A DNA stretch of 63,983 bases, filler included, from Octopus bimaculoides (GCF_001194135.2; 9 parts of 6 records of this genome joined end to end with filler, not necessarily neighbours in it); one strand, 5' to 3'. Positions 49,591 to 63,097 are shown, counted from the whole stretch's first letter. Notes: generated by a model from the letters alone, not told the origin. A program made the numbers and translations.

Positions 49591-50199
49591 GTCTGTCCAT
49601 GGTATACGAACATTTTGCCGATGAAAAACTACAGCTACATCCTTTGAAATGCTGGTTTTTATGTTCTTTGATAAGAATGAAATTTGTGTTCTGTCAGGGA
49701 ATCTATGAAAAACAGTAACTCATACAACTGAAAATAATCAGTTTCATTGCTTGGAAAATGAAAATATATATTTGTACTTGGCTTCTTAATTCGCCAAGTA
49801 GAATTCTGTTTGGAATAGTATATCTCATGCATAAAACTATAAACAATAGCATGAAAATATTGGGTTAAAAACCGTTTTGAACAGAAAAAGTAGGAAACTG
49901 TCCCGTGGGCCTGCATTCGACTTTTACTGTCAAAATGTTTACATACTAATAGATCTATGTATTTGCTTCGAGATATACTATTACAAAACGTATTAGTTCA
50001 CGTACTCTCAAAAGTTTATAAAATTCTTATGACGTTAACAAATTAGGATATCAATATATTTGCAGATACTTGCCTAGCTGCTTCTAACGGTGCTGCCAGG
50101 TAGAGTTTGCATAGAGCTAGTGAAGTTTTTATTTTATGAGTTAACTGATTTTAAGTAATATAGGAACTGGAAAATATGTAGCATATGGATGTGAAGTAG

Positions 50200-50850
50200 G
50201 TATCATAGATAAAGCATAGGCCAACGACGATCTGATAGATCCTGAGATGATAATGGCTTGGAATAGGTTGCGTTTGGAGTTAAGAAAGAAACCATGAATA
50301 TTTGGAATGTCTATGTATGATCAAAGTTGCGTTTAGGACTTGATGGTGGAAAGAAGTGAGGTTCATTAGGCATTCTGTTCATGCACCGGTGGCACAAATG
50401 TGGGACGACACAGGAAGCCAAGAAGGGTTAGGAACATTGGAGTCATCGGGGAGGAGAGAAAGAAAATGCAAGATAAATATTCTCAGTACAGGAAAAAGTG
50501 TGTTCGAAGAGCTGTTACTGTTAGAAGAAATTTGAGAGCGCCAGTGGGTATATAACCAAATGTATATATTGGAAGGATAGGAGCAACACATTGAACTAGA
50601 ACGTTTGAAAGTTTTTTGTTATTGATATCCAGGTGAGAAAGTTGAGACTGAAAATTACATATACGCAGATACTACGCATTGGAGTGAAGTTTAGTGTAAA
50701 GACTGTAGCCTTGACGGCAGACTTGGACTATAGGACTAAGGTTTGAAAAATTTGTTTCCATTGGAACAGAATGCATGGTTTGCGTATTAGAAAGATTACG
50801 TGTGAATCTAGGTTGGATCGGAGACCTTCGAATTTATAAAAGATGTGGGT
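50200..50850 (-). pseudogene. CR1/L2-group LINE apurinic endonuclease remnant, heavily decayed
   Basis: SNSNSSSNTLF...LSLLPDDSNVPNPSWLPVSSH aligns by eye with the APE motif ...GDFNVHN..WL.SS.T. Confidence 0.5.
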
Positions 50851-51092
50851 TTTGACATTCAAAGACATAGAAGATATCGGTTAGCTGTGAGGTCGCGATA
50901 AACTGGTTCAAATGTCAATAATTTGAAAAATGGTTTTTAAACTTCATTATTTAACAGTTCTAATCTGATATTTGAATGGTAAAANNNNNNNNNNNNNNNN
51001 NNNNNNNNNNNNNNNNNNNNNNNNNNNNNNNNNNNNNNNNNNNNNNNNNNNNNNNNNNNNNNNNNNNNNNNNNNNNNNNNNNNNNNNNNNTT

Positions 51093-51224
51093 TGTAACCA
51101 TAGTACTTATTCGATTGGTCTCTTTTGCCGAACTGCTAAGTTACGTGGACGTAAACACACCAAAATCTGTTGTCAAGCGATGGTGGGAGACAAACGCAGA
51201 CACACAAACATATACACATATGTA

Positions 51225-51275
<51 letters not shown>

Positions 51276-51330
51276 GACAGACTTTCAGTTTCCATCTATC
51301 AAATCTACTCACAAGGCTTTTCAACGCCTG
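51093..51330 (-). mobile_element. SINE family B internal part
   Basis: AGTACTTATTCGATTGGTCTCTTTTGCCGAACTGCTAAGTTACG...CTTTCAGTTTCCATCTA. Confidence 0.8.
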
Positions 51331-51844
51331 GCAAAAAGATTAAGAAACCCATTCAATGTTGATATGTGTTCAAAGAGTAACTGGACATCTTTCTATCTAC
51401 GATACTAGACGAACCAATGTTCCGATATGAAGGTAGCAAAGTCAAACTCTGTCATGCACCAACAGCCGTCATGGATCAATAACCAGGTAAAAAGCACATG
51501 CGGGAGGTCACATGAAATTCCACCTTCAAACAGTCAACCAAACAACACAGGTAAAAAAATCACTTCAAGCCTGACATCAACCGTATGACTGAAACAAATA
51601 AAAGGAACAATATATACATAAATACATACATACATATACATACATACATACATACATTCATACATACATACATATATATATACATAAATACACACATACA
51701 TATACATACACACATGCATACATTCATACATACATACATATACATACACACATGCATACATTCATACATACATACATATACATACACACATGCATACATT
51801 CATACATACATACATATATATATACATACATACATACATACATA

Positions 51845-51880
<36 letters not shown>

Positions 51881-51919
51881 TATATATAGATACACACACA
51901 CAGATATAAGTAAGTAAAG

Positions 51920-52170
51920 TAACGTTTCCTTTCCGAGTCATACCAAGTCATAAGGGCTGGTTTGCCGGACTCCATTGCGTATAAATTCCCCACTTGGCCG
52001 GGAAAGCAGTCTGTCGCAAGATTACTCACTTTTGCCAGCTGAGTGGACTGGAACAACGTCAAATGAAGTGGTTTTGCTCGAGAACACAGCGTGTCGCCTG
52101 GTCCAAGGACTGAAACCACAACCTTACGATCATGAGTCCAACACCCTAACCACTAAGCCATGCGCTTCCA
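51920..52170 (-). mobile_element. SINE family C, near full length
   Basis: Head TGGAAGCGCATGGCTTAGTGGTTAGGGTGTTGGACTC...GTGGTTTCAGTCC; body TTCATTTGACGTTGTTCCAGTCCACTCAGCTGG. Confidence 0.8.
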
Positions 52171-52220
52171 TTATATACAGATAGACAGGAAGAAGACACA
52201 CGCACTCATGTCTATATATC

Positions 52221-52420
52221 TTCTATCTTTTACTTGTTTAAGTCATTAGATTGTGGCTGAGCAGGAGCCCCACCTTGAAAATCTTCAGGCAAACGAATCG
52301 ATCGAAGTACTTACTTTTTTAAGTCTGGTACTTATGTCGAAGATCAAAGTTACGGTAACGTAAACGTACCCACACCCGTTTTCAAGTGGCGCTGAGGGGA
52401 CAAACACAGACATAAAGATA
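52221..52420 (-). mobile_element. SINE family B 3' half, degenerate
   Basis: TTTTACTTGTTTAAGTCATTAGATTGTGGC tail reverse complement. Confidence 0.6.
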
Positions 52421-52421
52421 C

Positions 52422-52463
<42 letters not shown>

Positions 52464-52814
52464 NNNNNNNNNNNNNNNNNNNNNNNNNNNNNNNNNNNNN
52501 NNNNNNNNNNNNNNNNNNNNNNNNNNNNNNNNNNNNNNNNNNNNNNNNNNNNNNNNNNNNNNNCACACACACACACACATATATATAGAGAGAGAGAGAG
52601 AAAGAGAGAGAGAAAGCGAGAGAAAGAGAGAAAAATATATATGTATATGTATATACATATGTTCATATGTGTAATATGCTCATGTACTGAGTTTTATATC
52701 TTATGCATAAATGCAGATGTTTATATTATATAGAAACTTACAAATACATATTTGATAGCTATATATTATGTGCGTATATATGTACATGCGATTATGCATA
52801 TATAGATATACATG

Positions 52815-52875
<61 letters not shown>

Positions 52876-54417
52876 ACTGTATATTTTTTTACTCTTTTAT
52901 TCAGCCATATTCATGAATATACTGAAGCAATGAAATAATTTCATAAAGGATATGTATTTGCTTCTTGAATACACACGAGCCCCTTACACAACCGAAATAG
53001 CACACACACGCATACACANNNNNNNNNNNNNNNNNNNNNNNNNNNNNNNNNNNNNNNNNNNNNNNNNNNNNNNNNNNNNNNNNNNNNNNNNNNNNNNNNN
53101 NNNNNNNNNNNNNNNNNNNNNNNNNNNNNNNNNNNNNNNNNNNNNNNNNNNNNNNNNNNNNNNNNNNNNNNNNNNNNNNNNNNNNNNNNNNNNNNNNNNN
53201 NNNNNNNNNNNNNNNNNNNNNNNNNNNNNNNNNNNNNNNNNNNNNNNNNNNNNNNNNNNNNNNNNNNNNNNNNNNNNNNNNNNNNNNNNNNNNNNNNNNN
53301 NNNNNNNNNNNNNNNNNNNNNNNNNNNNNNNNNNNNNNNNNNNNNNNNNNNNNNNNNNNNNNNNNNNNNNNNNNNNNNNNNNNNNNNNNNNNNNNNNNNN
53401 NNNNNNNNNNNNNNNNNNNNNNNNNNNNNNNNNNNNNNNNNNNNNNNNNNNNNNNNNNNNNNNNNNNNNNNNNNNNNNNNNNNNNNNNNNNNNNNNNNNN
53501 NNNNNNNNNNNNNNNNNNNNNNNNNNNNNNNNNNNNNNNNNNNNNNNNNNNNNNNNNNNNNNNNNNNNNNNNNNNNNNNNNNNNNNNNNNNNNNNNNNNN
53601 NNNNNNNNNNNNNNNNNNNNNNNNNNNNNNNNNNNNNNNNNNNNNNNNNNNNNNNNNNNNNNNNNNNNNNNNNNNNNNNNNNNNNNNNNNNNNNNNNNNN
53701 NNNNNNNNNNNNNNNNNNNNNNNNNNNNNNNNNNNNNNNNNNNNNNNNNNNNNNNNNNNNNNNNNNNNNNNNNNNNNNNNNNNNNTATATATCCACACAC
53801 ACACTTATAAATGTACTTATATATAGACACATTTGTCAGGGTATTTTATACTTTTATTCAGTCCGTATTTTTCTGAGTAAATATACAAACATACAACGTA
53901 TCATGGAAACAATAAGCAATACATTATGGAAATCATTATCATTGGAATTGTATACAAAGCGAAAGTTATCAGAAGATATACACCATTTTATTCTGTTTAC
54001 CTGAAAAACACTTTGAAAGAAAGAATTATGATTATAACTTACATATTTCCCTCACCATATATTGTAAACATTTTATGGACTTGCATTATATAATGGGCAT
54101 ATACATATGCATATATAAATCATATGTTGCTTGATTTAGATAAATATAAAGATAGAGAGATTAATACGTAGATATACATACATCCATACATGTATGCATG
54201 CGTACATATTTAGGTTCACACATATACATCAAAGAGTGTGATGCGGTTAAATATTTTATAACAGCAATGAATTTATACAGTAATGAATTTATGAAATATC
54301 TATTCATATCACGATTACTTGTGTATATGCATGTATGTATGTATGCATGTATGCATGCATGTATGTATGTATGTTGTATGTACGTATGTGTGTGTGCATG
54401 TATGTATATATGCATAT

Positions 54418-54470
<53 letters not shown>

Positions 54471-54929
54471 NNNNNNNNNNNNNNNNNNNNNNNNNNNNNN
54501 NNNNNNNNNNNNNNNNNNNNNNNNNNNNNNNNNNNNNNNNNNNNNNNNNNNNNNNNNCATGTATATGTATGTATCTCATCTTCCTATTTCGAACACAGAA
54601 CTGGAAGTTTTTTCTCTTGAAAGAATTAAGCAAACTACTCAATGTTAGCAGAAAAAGGAATCAAATTCCACCCCATATTATATATAAATAAATAAAAATT
54701 GAATGACGTGTGAAAATTAAAGGAATTGTAACATATATTAAATTTGACATGTATTAAATTACATATGCATATTCTATATATCGTCTCTACAAAATCGGAT
54801 CCATATTTCTAGAGAACCGATGTTGTTTCTTTATATCATATGTGATGGATTTTGATGAAAGTGCAATGCCTATGGCATCTGCATGCCATCCCAAACAAGC
54901 GTGGCTGATAGTATTGAATAATGATGTCA

Positions 54930-55410
54930 TCTAAACTGTTGCAAATCGCTATTTGCAGGTAAGACATCAGCAGGTGAAAATTCCAGCGTACAGATGTACT
55001 GGGAAAGAAAGATTGAACACTGCTGGTGGTATGGGGCTCGTTGAGAGGGATCAGTCCGTGTGATGAGAAGAAGAGATATAAATAAATCTGGAATGCTTGA
55101 GTGGAGGAATCACAGAAAATGCAAGCTTCAGGAAGCAGAGTTCATTCTAGTAACGGTAGAAATGGCATAGTGAAGAGACTGCACATTTGTGATCTTATTA
55201 TTGGAGGGAATTGGTCACTGATTTTATGCCAGTCAGTCAAGTGGCCTATCTACACATGTTGTCTTGTATACCTTGTGTCTACATCACCAGCAGCGCTCAA
55301 GTCATGTCAGTAATGTCCTATTTTGGGCCACACCTGAGTTTGTAGAGGGATGAAACATTTTCTGTTCCTTGAGAGAAGGATCAATCTCTGGGATGCGCTC
55401 CAAGTTTTGC
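54930..55410 (-). pseudogene. CR1/L2-group LINE ORF2 C-terminal remnant
   Basis: Frameshifted YK.QV.PK..Y..H.WS, HKCAVSSLCHFYRY and QSFFPSTSVRWN match the LAHRRNVASLSLFYRY / SFFPRT..LWN pattern. Confidence 0.65.
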
Positions 55411-55837
55411 TAGTCCTAACTAAGAGATCGGTATATATTTATGTGTATGTAAATTATATACATATATATGACTTCCATTAGCAGTCGATACAGTGAATAG
55501 TATGCGGGTGTTTATATTCGTACACGTGAGCTTTATCTCAGTTTCTTAAATTGCAGATCTAATTTGACCAGCAGAAAAAATGGAAGACCTATATACTTTC
55601 TAGATACTCTGTCTTCAGAACCAAACGTTAAAAATATAACTTAGAAAGGAACTACAACACAAATAATATTCATGAATAGGTAATGGATATAGAAAGAATA
55701 TTTCCATGTGCATATATATATATACATAGATGTATGTATGTATGTATGTATGTATGTATGTATGTATGTATGTATGTATGTATGTATGCATGCATGTATG
55801 TATGTATGTATGTATGTATTTATGTATGTATGTGTGC

Positions 55838-55868
<31 letters not shown>

Positions 55869-56470
55869 NNNNNNNNNNNNNNNNNNNNNNNNNNNNNNNN
55901 NNNNNNNNNNNNNNNNNNNNNNNNNNNNNNNNNNNNNNNNNNNNNNNNNNNNNNNNNNNNNNNNNNNNNNNNNNNNNNNNNNNNNNNNNNNNNNNNNNNN
56001 NNNNNNNNNNNNNNNNNNNNNNNNNNNNNNNNNNNNNNNNNNNNNNNNNNNNNNNNNNNNNNNNNNNNNNNNNNNNNNNNNNNNNNNNNNNNNNNNNNNN
56101 NNNNNTATATTTATATATATATTTATATATATGTATATTGATATATGTATATTTATATATATTGATATATTTATATATATATTTCTATATTTATATATAT
56201 ATTTATATATATGTATATTGATATATGTATATTTATATATATTGATATATTTATATATATATTTCTATATTTATATATATATTTATATATATGTAGATTT
56301 ATATATATGTGTATATTTATGTATATACATATATATACTTATAAATATACATACATACATACGCACGCACACACATATATATATGCATGTATGCACAAGG
56401 AAATGATGTGTGTATATGTATCTATTGGTGTATGTTATATAATGCATATCTGTCTCTGCAAATATTTGCA

Positions 56471-56528
<58 letters not shown>

Positions 56529-57766
56529 CCTATCTATATCTAGATAGATAGATAGATAGATAGACACAGATTGACAGAGCGTGAGGGAACTAAAAAACAT
56601 TAAAAAGAATATACAAAAATAGATTCATGCCCATGGATTTGATGTGTATAATATGTATATTTAATTTACCGTATTTATCTTTATTACCATGAACACGTGA
56701 CAAACATTTGAAGCAATATAACGGTTTCGTAAACACGTCATATATTATATTATGTATATAAGTGTGTGTGCGTACATATATCGAGTTCGGTTCATATATA
56801 CGTATATATATATATATATATATATACACTCATGCATATGCATATATATCTTTTGGTATACGCACATCAGTACGTATATGTTTTTTCCTAACATTTATAT
56901 AAATTAGATGAATACTGAAAATAAAATTTAAATATATGACGATTAAACAAATAAATAAATGAATAAACAACAAACAAAACAACACAATCAAATATAAAAT
57001 GGATAAACATATGCATGTACAGAATGGGTATATGAAATACTAATTGCGGAAAGTAAAAAAAACCCAAAAGTTATTGAAAACAAAACAAAACCTTCTTACA
57101 GATGTAAAATAAATATAACTCTGTAAACATAATCACTGCAATAAAATATTTAATGTACATGAACTGAGACATTATATTCATATGAGTATGGAAGTGGGAT
57201 GTATNNNNNNNNNNNNNNNNNNNNNNNNNNNNNNNNNNNNNNNNNNNNNNNNNNNNNNNNNNNNNNNNNNNNNNNNNNNNNNNNNNNNNNNNNNNNNNNN
57301 NNNNNNNNNNNNNNNNNNNNNNNNNNNNNNNNNNNNNNNNNNNNNNNNNNNNNNNNNNNNNNNNNNNNNNNNNNNNNNNNNNNNNNNNNNNNNNNNNNNN
57401 NNNNNNNNNNNNNNNNNNNNNNNNNNNNNNNNNNNNNNNNNNNNNNNNNNNNNNNNNNNNNNNNNNNNNNNNNNNNNNNNNNNNNNNNNNNNNNNNNNNN
57501 NNNNNNNNNNNNNNNNNNNNNNNNNNNNNNNNNNNNNNNNNNNNNNNNNNNNNNNNNNNNNNNNNNNNNNNNNNNNNNNNNNNNNNNNNNNNNNNNNNNN
57601 NNNNNNNNNNNNNNNNNNNNNNNNNNNNNNNNNNNNNNNNNNNNNNNNNNNNNNNNNNNNNNNTATATATATATATATATATATATTTATATGTATATAT
57701 GTAGAATGTAATTATATAGCTATAAATGTATTTATGAATATATATATATATAATATATATACAGAA

Positions 57767-57805
<39 letters not shown>

Positions 57806-58086
57806 CACACAAACATATGTACACACTTGTGCGTGTTTGCGTTTGTATATGCGTGTATGTATATACTCACCAGCACGCACACGCACGCACGCGCACGCAC
57901 GCACGCACACGCACGCACAAACATTTGTACTATATGTGTGCGTGAATGTGCGCGTGCATATGTGGTTATATTCTCTCATACGTATGCGTCTGTATGCACG
58001 TGTATGTACTTATGCATATACATCGACGCATGTACATATATACATGCATGAGGATATGTGGATGTGTGTTTGTGTGTGCGTCTATG

Positions 58087-58134
<48 letters not shown>

Positions 58135-58721
58135 TACATTATAATAGGCGCTCATGAATATTTGGTGCATGTTTATATTTATGTATAACATGTAATACAT
58201 ATACAATATATATACATATGCAGTATATATACATATGCAGTATACATATGCATATACCTATACGCATATTTATACATAATAACATAAATACTTCGTGCAT
58301 ATGTATGTTTATAAATATGTAATATATGTATCTGTATATGTGTGTGTATTTGTGTGTGTGTTGTATAAATATGCATATACATATAAACATATCTATTTAT
58401 ATATATGCGCATATTTAAGTAAATTTATATACGTATATCTATATGTATATTCATATATTTTATTTGTTTGTTTACATATGATCGAGCATAATTACAAGTG
58501 TCTCTTTGTGCGCGCGTGCATGCGTGCATAAATATACATACATGGATATATCATAAATATATTTTTGTAAATATCAATTCGTATCATCGTTTGCGGGGCT
58601 CTTGTGTGTATAAGTCTATGTAAAAGTACACAGCGCACATGCATACGCACACATAAATAATAGTTACGCAGAGACTTTGTAACACACACCCTCCCAACTA
58701 AACGTAGACATCTCCACTTAC

Positions 58722-58780
58722 CGTTGTCATTTCGTTCCGCGTCACATCCCCGAGCGTTGCCATTGGCGACCAGCGCCATT

Positions 58781-58812
<32 letters not shown>

Positions 58813-59121
58813 ATGCTGTTGTTGCTGATGCAGATGCTGTTGTTGCTGATGCTGTTGTTGTTGTTGTTGGTGGTGATGGTGTTGTTGTTGCTGTTGCCTA
58901 TTAAGTAAAGTTGCCACCACCCGTGGACTGTGGGTGGCGGCGTTAGCGAACATAGTTGCAGTAGCACAGTTGTTTCGAGGTAGTTCCTGGAGGTCCAATA
59001 TGTGGCTAACAGAGAAATTGGCCTTGCTGTTCGGCACCGAGGTGAGATAAGAATGGCTTTTGTCAAAAGCAACTGAAAACGAGTCGTTAGCGCCTTGCGC
59101 TGACAAGTTGTAACTACTCAT
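58722..59121 (-). CDS. Prrx: First coding exon of a Prrx-like paired-class homeobox transcription factor (homeodomain exons not found in window)
   Basis: ATG at 59121. MSSY...KANFSVSHILDLQEL resembles the vertebrate PRRX1 N-terminus as I recall it (MTSSY...KKNFSVSHLLDLEE), including eh1 FSVSHIL at 58996-59016. PolyQ/H at 58780-58896. Coding ends ...AAT GAC AAC G|GTAAGT (phase 1 donor, intron starts 58721). Orthology is from motif recall; no homeodomain seen. Confidence 0.75.
58780..58896 (-). repeat. Coding CAA/CAG/CAY repeat encoding a 39-residue polyQ/H tract
   Basis: In frame inside the Prrx-like exon: Q5 H4 Q6 H Q4 HLH Q4 H Q11. Confidence 0.85.
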
Positions 59122-59245
59122 AGTAAAAAGTATTGGGACGGAAATAACAGCTCACACCAGAGGCTTCTGTAGTAATCAGTGCAAGAATGAAGTAAATTAA
59201 ATAAGATTAGATTCAACCAAGACCATTCGGGGCGTGGGGTGGATG
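59122..59245 (-). promoter_or_regulatory. Putative 5' UTR / proximal promoter of the Prrx-like gene
   Basis: Unique sequence between the ATG and a microsatellite. GC/KLF box CCCACGCCCC (+ strand 59229-59238) and homeodomain-type TAAT cores, including TAATCTTATTT (59199-59209). Confidence 0.4.
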
Positions 59246-61049
59246 CGTTTCATATATATATATATAAGTGTACGTGAGTATATGCATATGTGCATATGTA
59301 TATGTGTGTATGTGTGTATGTATGTATGTATGTATGTATGTATGTATGTATGTATGTATGTATGTATGTATATATATATATATATATATATATANNNNNN
59401 NNNNNNNNNNNNNNNNNNNNNNNNNNNNNNNNNNNNNNNNNNNNNNNNNNNNNNNNNNNNNNNNNNNNNNNNNNNNNNNNNNNNNNNNNNNNNNNNNNNN
59501 NNNNNNNNNNNNNNNNNNNNNNNNNNNNNNNNNNNNNNNNNNNNNNNNNNNNNNNNNNNNNNNNNNNNNNNNNNNNNNNNNNNNNNNNNNNNNNNNNNNN
59601 NNNNNNNNNNNNNNNNNNNNNNNNNNNNNNNNNNNNNNNNNNNNNNNNNNNNNNNNNNNNNNNNNNNNNNNNNNNNNNNNNNNNNNNNNNNNNNNNNNNN
59701 NNNNNNNNNNNNNNNNNNNNNNNNNNNNNNNNNNNNNNNNNNNNNNNNNNNNNNNNNNNNNNNNNNNNNNNNNNNNNNNNNNNNNNNNNNNNNNNNNNNN
59801 NNNNNNNNNNNNNNNNNNNNNNNNNNNNNNNNNNNNNNNNNNNNNNNNNNNNNNNNNNNNNNNNNNNNNNNNNNNNNNNNNNNNNNNNNNNNNNNNNNNN
59901 NNNNNNNNNNNNNNNNNNNNNNNNNNNNNNNNNNNNNNNNNNNNNNNNNNNNNNNNNNNNNNNNNNNNNNNNNNNNNNNNNNNNNNNNNNNNNNNNNNNN
60001 NNNNNNNNNNNNNNNNNNNNNNNNNNNNNNNNNNNNNNNNNNNNNNNNNNNNNNNNNNNNNNNNNNNNNNNNNNNNNNNNNNNNNNNNNNNNNNNNNNNN
60101 NNNNNNNNNNNNNNNNNNNNNNNNNNNNNNNNNNNNNNNNNNNNNNNNNNNNNNNNNNNNNNNNNNNNNNNNNNNNNNNNNNNNNNNNNNNNNNNNNNNN
60201 NNNNNNNNNNNNNNNNNNNNNNNNNNNNNNNNNNNNNNNNNNNNNNNNNNNNNNNNNNNNNNNNATATATATATATATATAAATTTTTGCATACATACAC
60301 ACCCACACACGGCCACATATAGCCACACACACACACGAACACACACACACACAGTATTGCCACAGCCTTTGGTGCTGAAGCAGATAAAATAAATAAAAGA
60401 AAATATATATCTATAACCACAGACAATAAAAAAGTGCACCCACTGTTATTCACGTGTGCATTGTTAGTATTATAGCATAGATAGTTTTTCCAATATTTCT
60501 TACTAAGGACACACAAAACACCATTAACACATATACAAGTAGACACATATAGAAGTCGATACATACATCCACACTCACACTGACGCACTCACGAATACTG
60601 GTATATATATTATTATCTCTCTATTTCTATATAAACTGATCGTCGGTAAGCCTTGGCAGCTGAGGTGACAGAAGAGATCTATTTTACGGATGAGATCTAA
60701 TAAGATAGAAACACGTCCAATGCATCCTGCAGTTGGTTTGAAGTAAAGACCTAGCCTACCCACAGTTTTTTTTTTTTGGTTCACAGATTTTGAATTGGCA
60801 GATAGAGTGAGAGTTATCTCCCTTGCTGGTTGTTTTTGTAATTTCATCAGCACTAGCGGGTGATTTTCTATTCTAATTACAACGGTAATCTTATTAACAG
60901 ATTTGTGTGTGTGTGTGTGCAAGCGCGAGTGCATATATATATATATATANNNNNNNNNNNNNNNNNNNNNNNNNNNNNNNNNNNNNNNNNNNNTTAATTA
61001 ATTAANNNNNNNNNNNNNNNNNNNNNNNNNNNNNNNNNNNNNNNNNNNN

Positions 61050-61089
<40 letters not shown>

Positions 61090-61386
61090 CAAATAATAAA
61101 TGAGTATATGCATATTTACGTACAGGTATGTGCATACCTACGTCTCCCTCTATATATAGGTGCATATCTGGATACAGGACGTTGCAAATAAAACATAGAC
61201 AAAAAAATAATAATAACCAGAGTACAGAAAAGACGCATCGTTAAAATGGCTCTTCCCTTGGACCGCAAATTAAATTTGTACACACAAATTAAATTTATAC
61301 CATGGAGGAATGTAGTGGCGGACAGAAAACAAGACAGGAAAACAAACGGAAAAGAAAACAAGACAGGAAAGTAAACGGAAAAGGCT

Positions 61387-61463
<77 letters not shown>

Positions 61464-61654
61464 TGTGTGTGTACGTATTTGTGTGTGAATGTACGTATGT
61501 ATGCGCTACTGAGACGATTTTTGATTGATTCCTATATATATATATTGCGTTAAAAACTCAATAGGTTTTATCTCCAGACCAACCCCTCAAAATATATTTA
61601 CATTACATATGATGTAGTGATGGTCTCGATATGTGTATATATATACATATATCA

Positions 61655-61830
61655 CTGTGTGCAGATCGAGCTCTCGGTTGCCAGGATGGTGGTGCATTGT
61701 ATGCTTGAGCAAAATACTTCATTTCACGTTGCCCCAGTTGAAGCAGATGTAAATGGCTAACTGTGCCACGGACCGGCGTCCCGTTCAGGGGCCTTCTGGC
61801 ATGGCCCTCTATCCAGCGAGGAGGCATCAT
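61655..61830 (+). mobile_element. SINE family C, degenerate
   Basis: TTGAGCAAAATACTTCATTTCACGTTGCCCCAG...GCCACGGACCGGCGTCCCGTTCAGGGG. Confidence 0.6.
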
Positions 61831-62854
61831 TGAAAGCTTTAACAATGCATGGAAGCGCATTCCAACTACCAGTGTACAGCCATATTTAATAGTCTGATCG
61901 ACACAGTGATATCGGAACATAAATATTATATATATGTGTATATATATATCTATATATATATATAATACAAAGAATATATATACATGTATACACACATATA
62001 TGTACATACTTACATCTACATGTGTATATACATGCATATCAGGGTACAGGACGTTAGAACAATAAACTACAGACAACGGAACGAACACATAGGAAAACGG
62101 AAAGCCCCTTGGAATATCCCTTCATCAGCTGTCTCTATTCTATCTAGACGTTTCGAAGACCAATATATNNNNNNNNNNNNNNNNNNNNNNNNNNNNNNNN
62201 NNNNNNNNNNNNNNNNNNNNNNNNNNNNNNNNNNNNNNNNNNNNNNNNNTATATATGTATGTATGTATGTATGTATATGTATAGATAATATTTATATGAA
62301 TGTCCGTATATATAATTAAATGATTTAGAATTTTGCTTCCATACACCTACATACACCTATCATCATAGACTTGATATTCTTCGAGGTTTAAAAACTGTGT
62401 GTGTACGTGTTTCGGTTGAAACATGTGTGTGATTTGGTACGTCTGTGCATGAGACACGTTCGTATCGTACATACGTTTGAAAGACTTATTTATACGCATA
62501 AGTATAAACAAACATTTATTTTCAATTCATCATATTAAATTTAATTACATTTTATATTTAATTAGTATTAAAACATTTTACTTCAATTTCTGTTCTACAT
62601 TTTAATTTAATAATTTATACTTTTTGATTTAGCTTTATTTTATTTTAAATTAATAATTTTGTTCGTCGTTGTATTATTCACATATTTTATTTTCATTTTC
62701 TNNNNNNNNNNNNNNNNNNNNNNNNNNNNNNNNNNNNNNNNNNNNTTAATTAATTAANNNNNNNNNNNNNNNNNNNNNNNNNNNNNNNNNNNNNNNNNNN
62801 NCAGACATGCAGATAGATAGTTAGATAGATAAACAGACAGACAGGTAGAAAGGC

Positions 62855-62947
<93 letters not shown>

Positions 62948-63035
62948 TTCCGACAGGCAGACAGACAGGCAGACAGATAGATAGACAGCTAGACAGATAG
63001 ACAGATAGACAAACTGCTAGATAGATAGACAAACT

Positions 63036-63097
<62 letters not shown>

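Noticed and set aside
58492-58721. C-terminal part of the 209 aa ORF
   Set aside because: Read-through past the GTAAGT donor into intron sequence that decays into microsatellite.
58698-59072. Overlapping 124 aa ORF
   Set aside because: Alternative frame of the polyQ exon with a TTG start.
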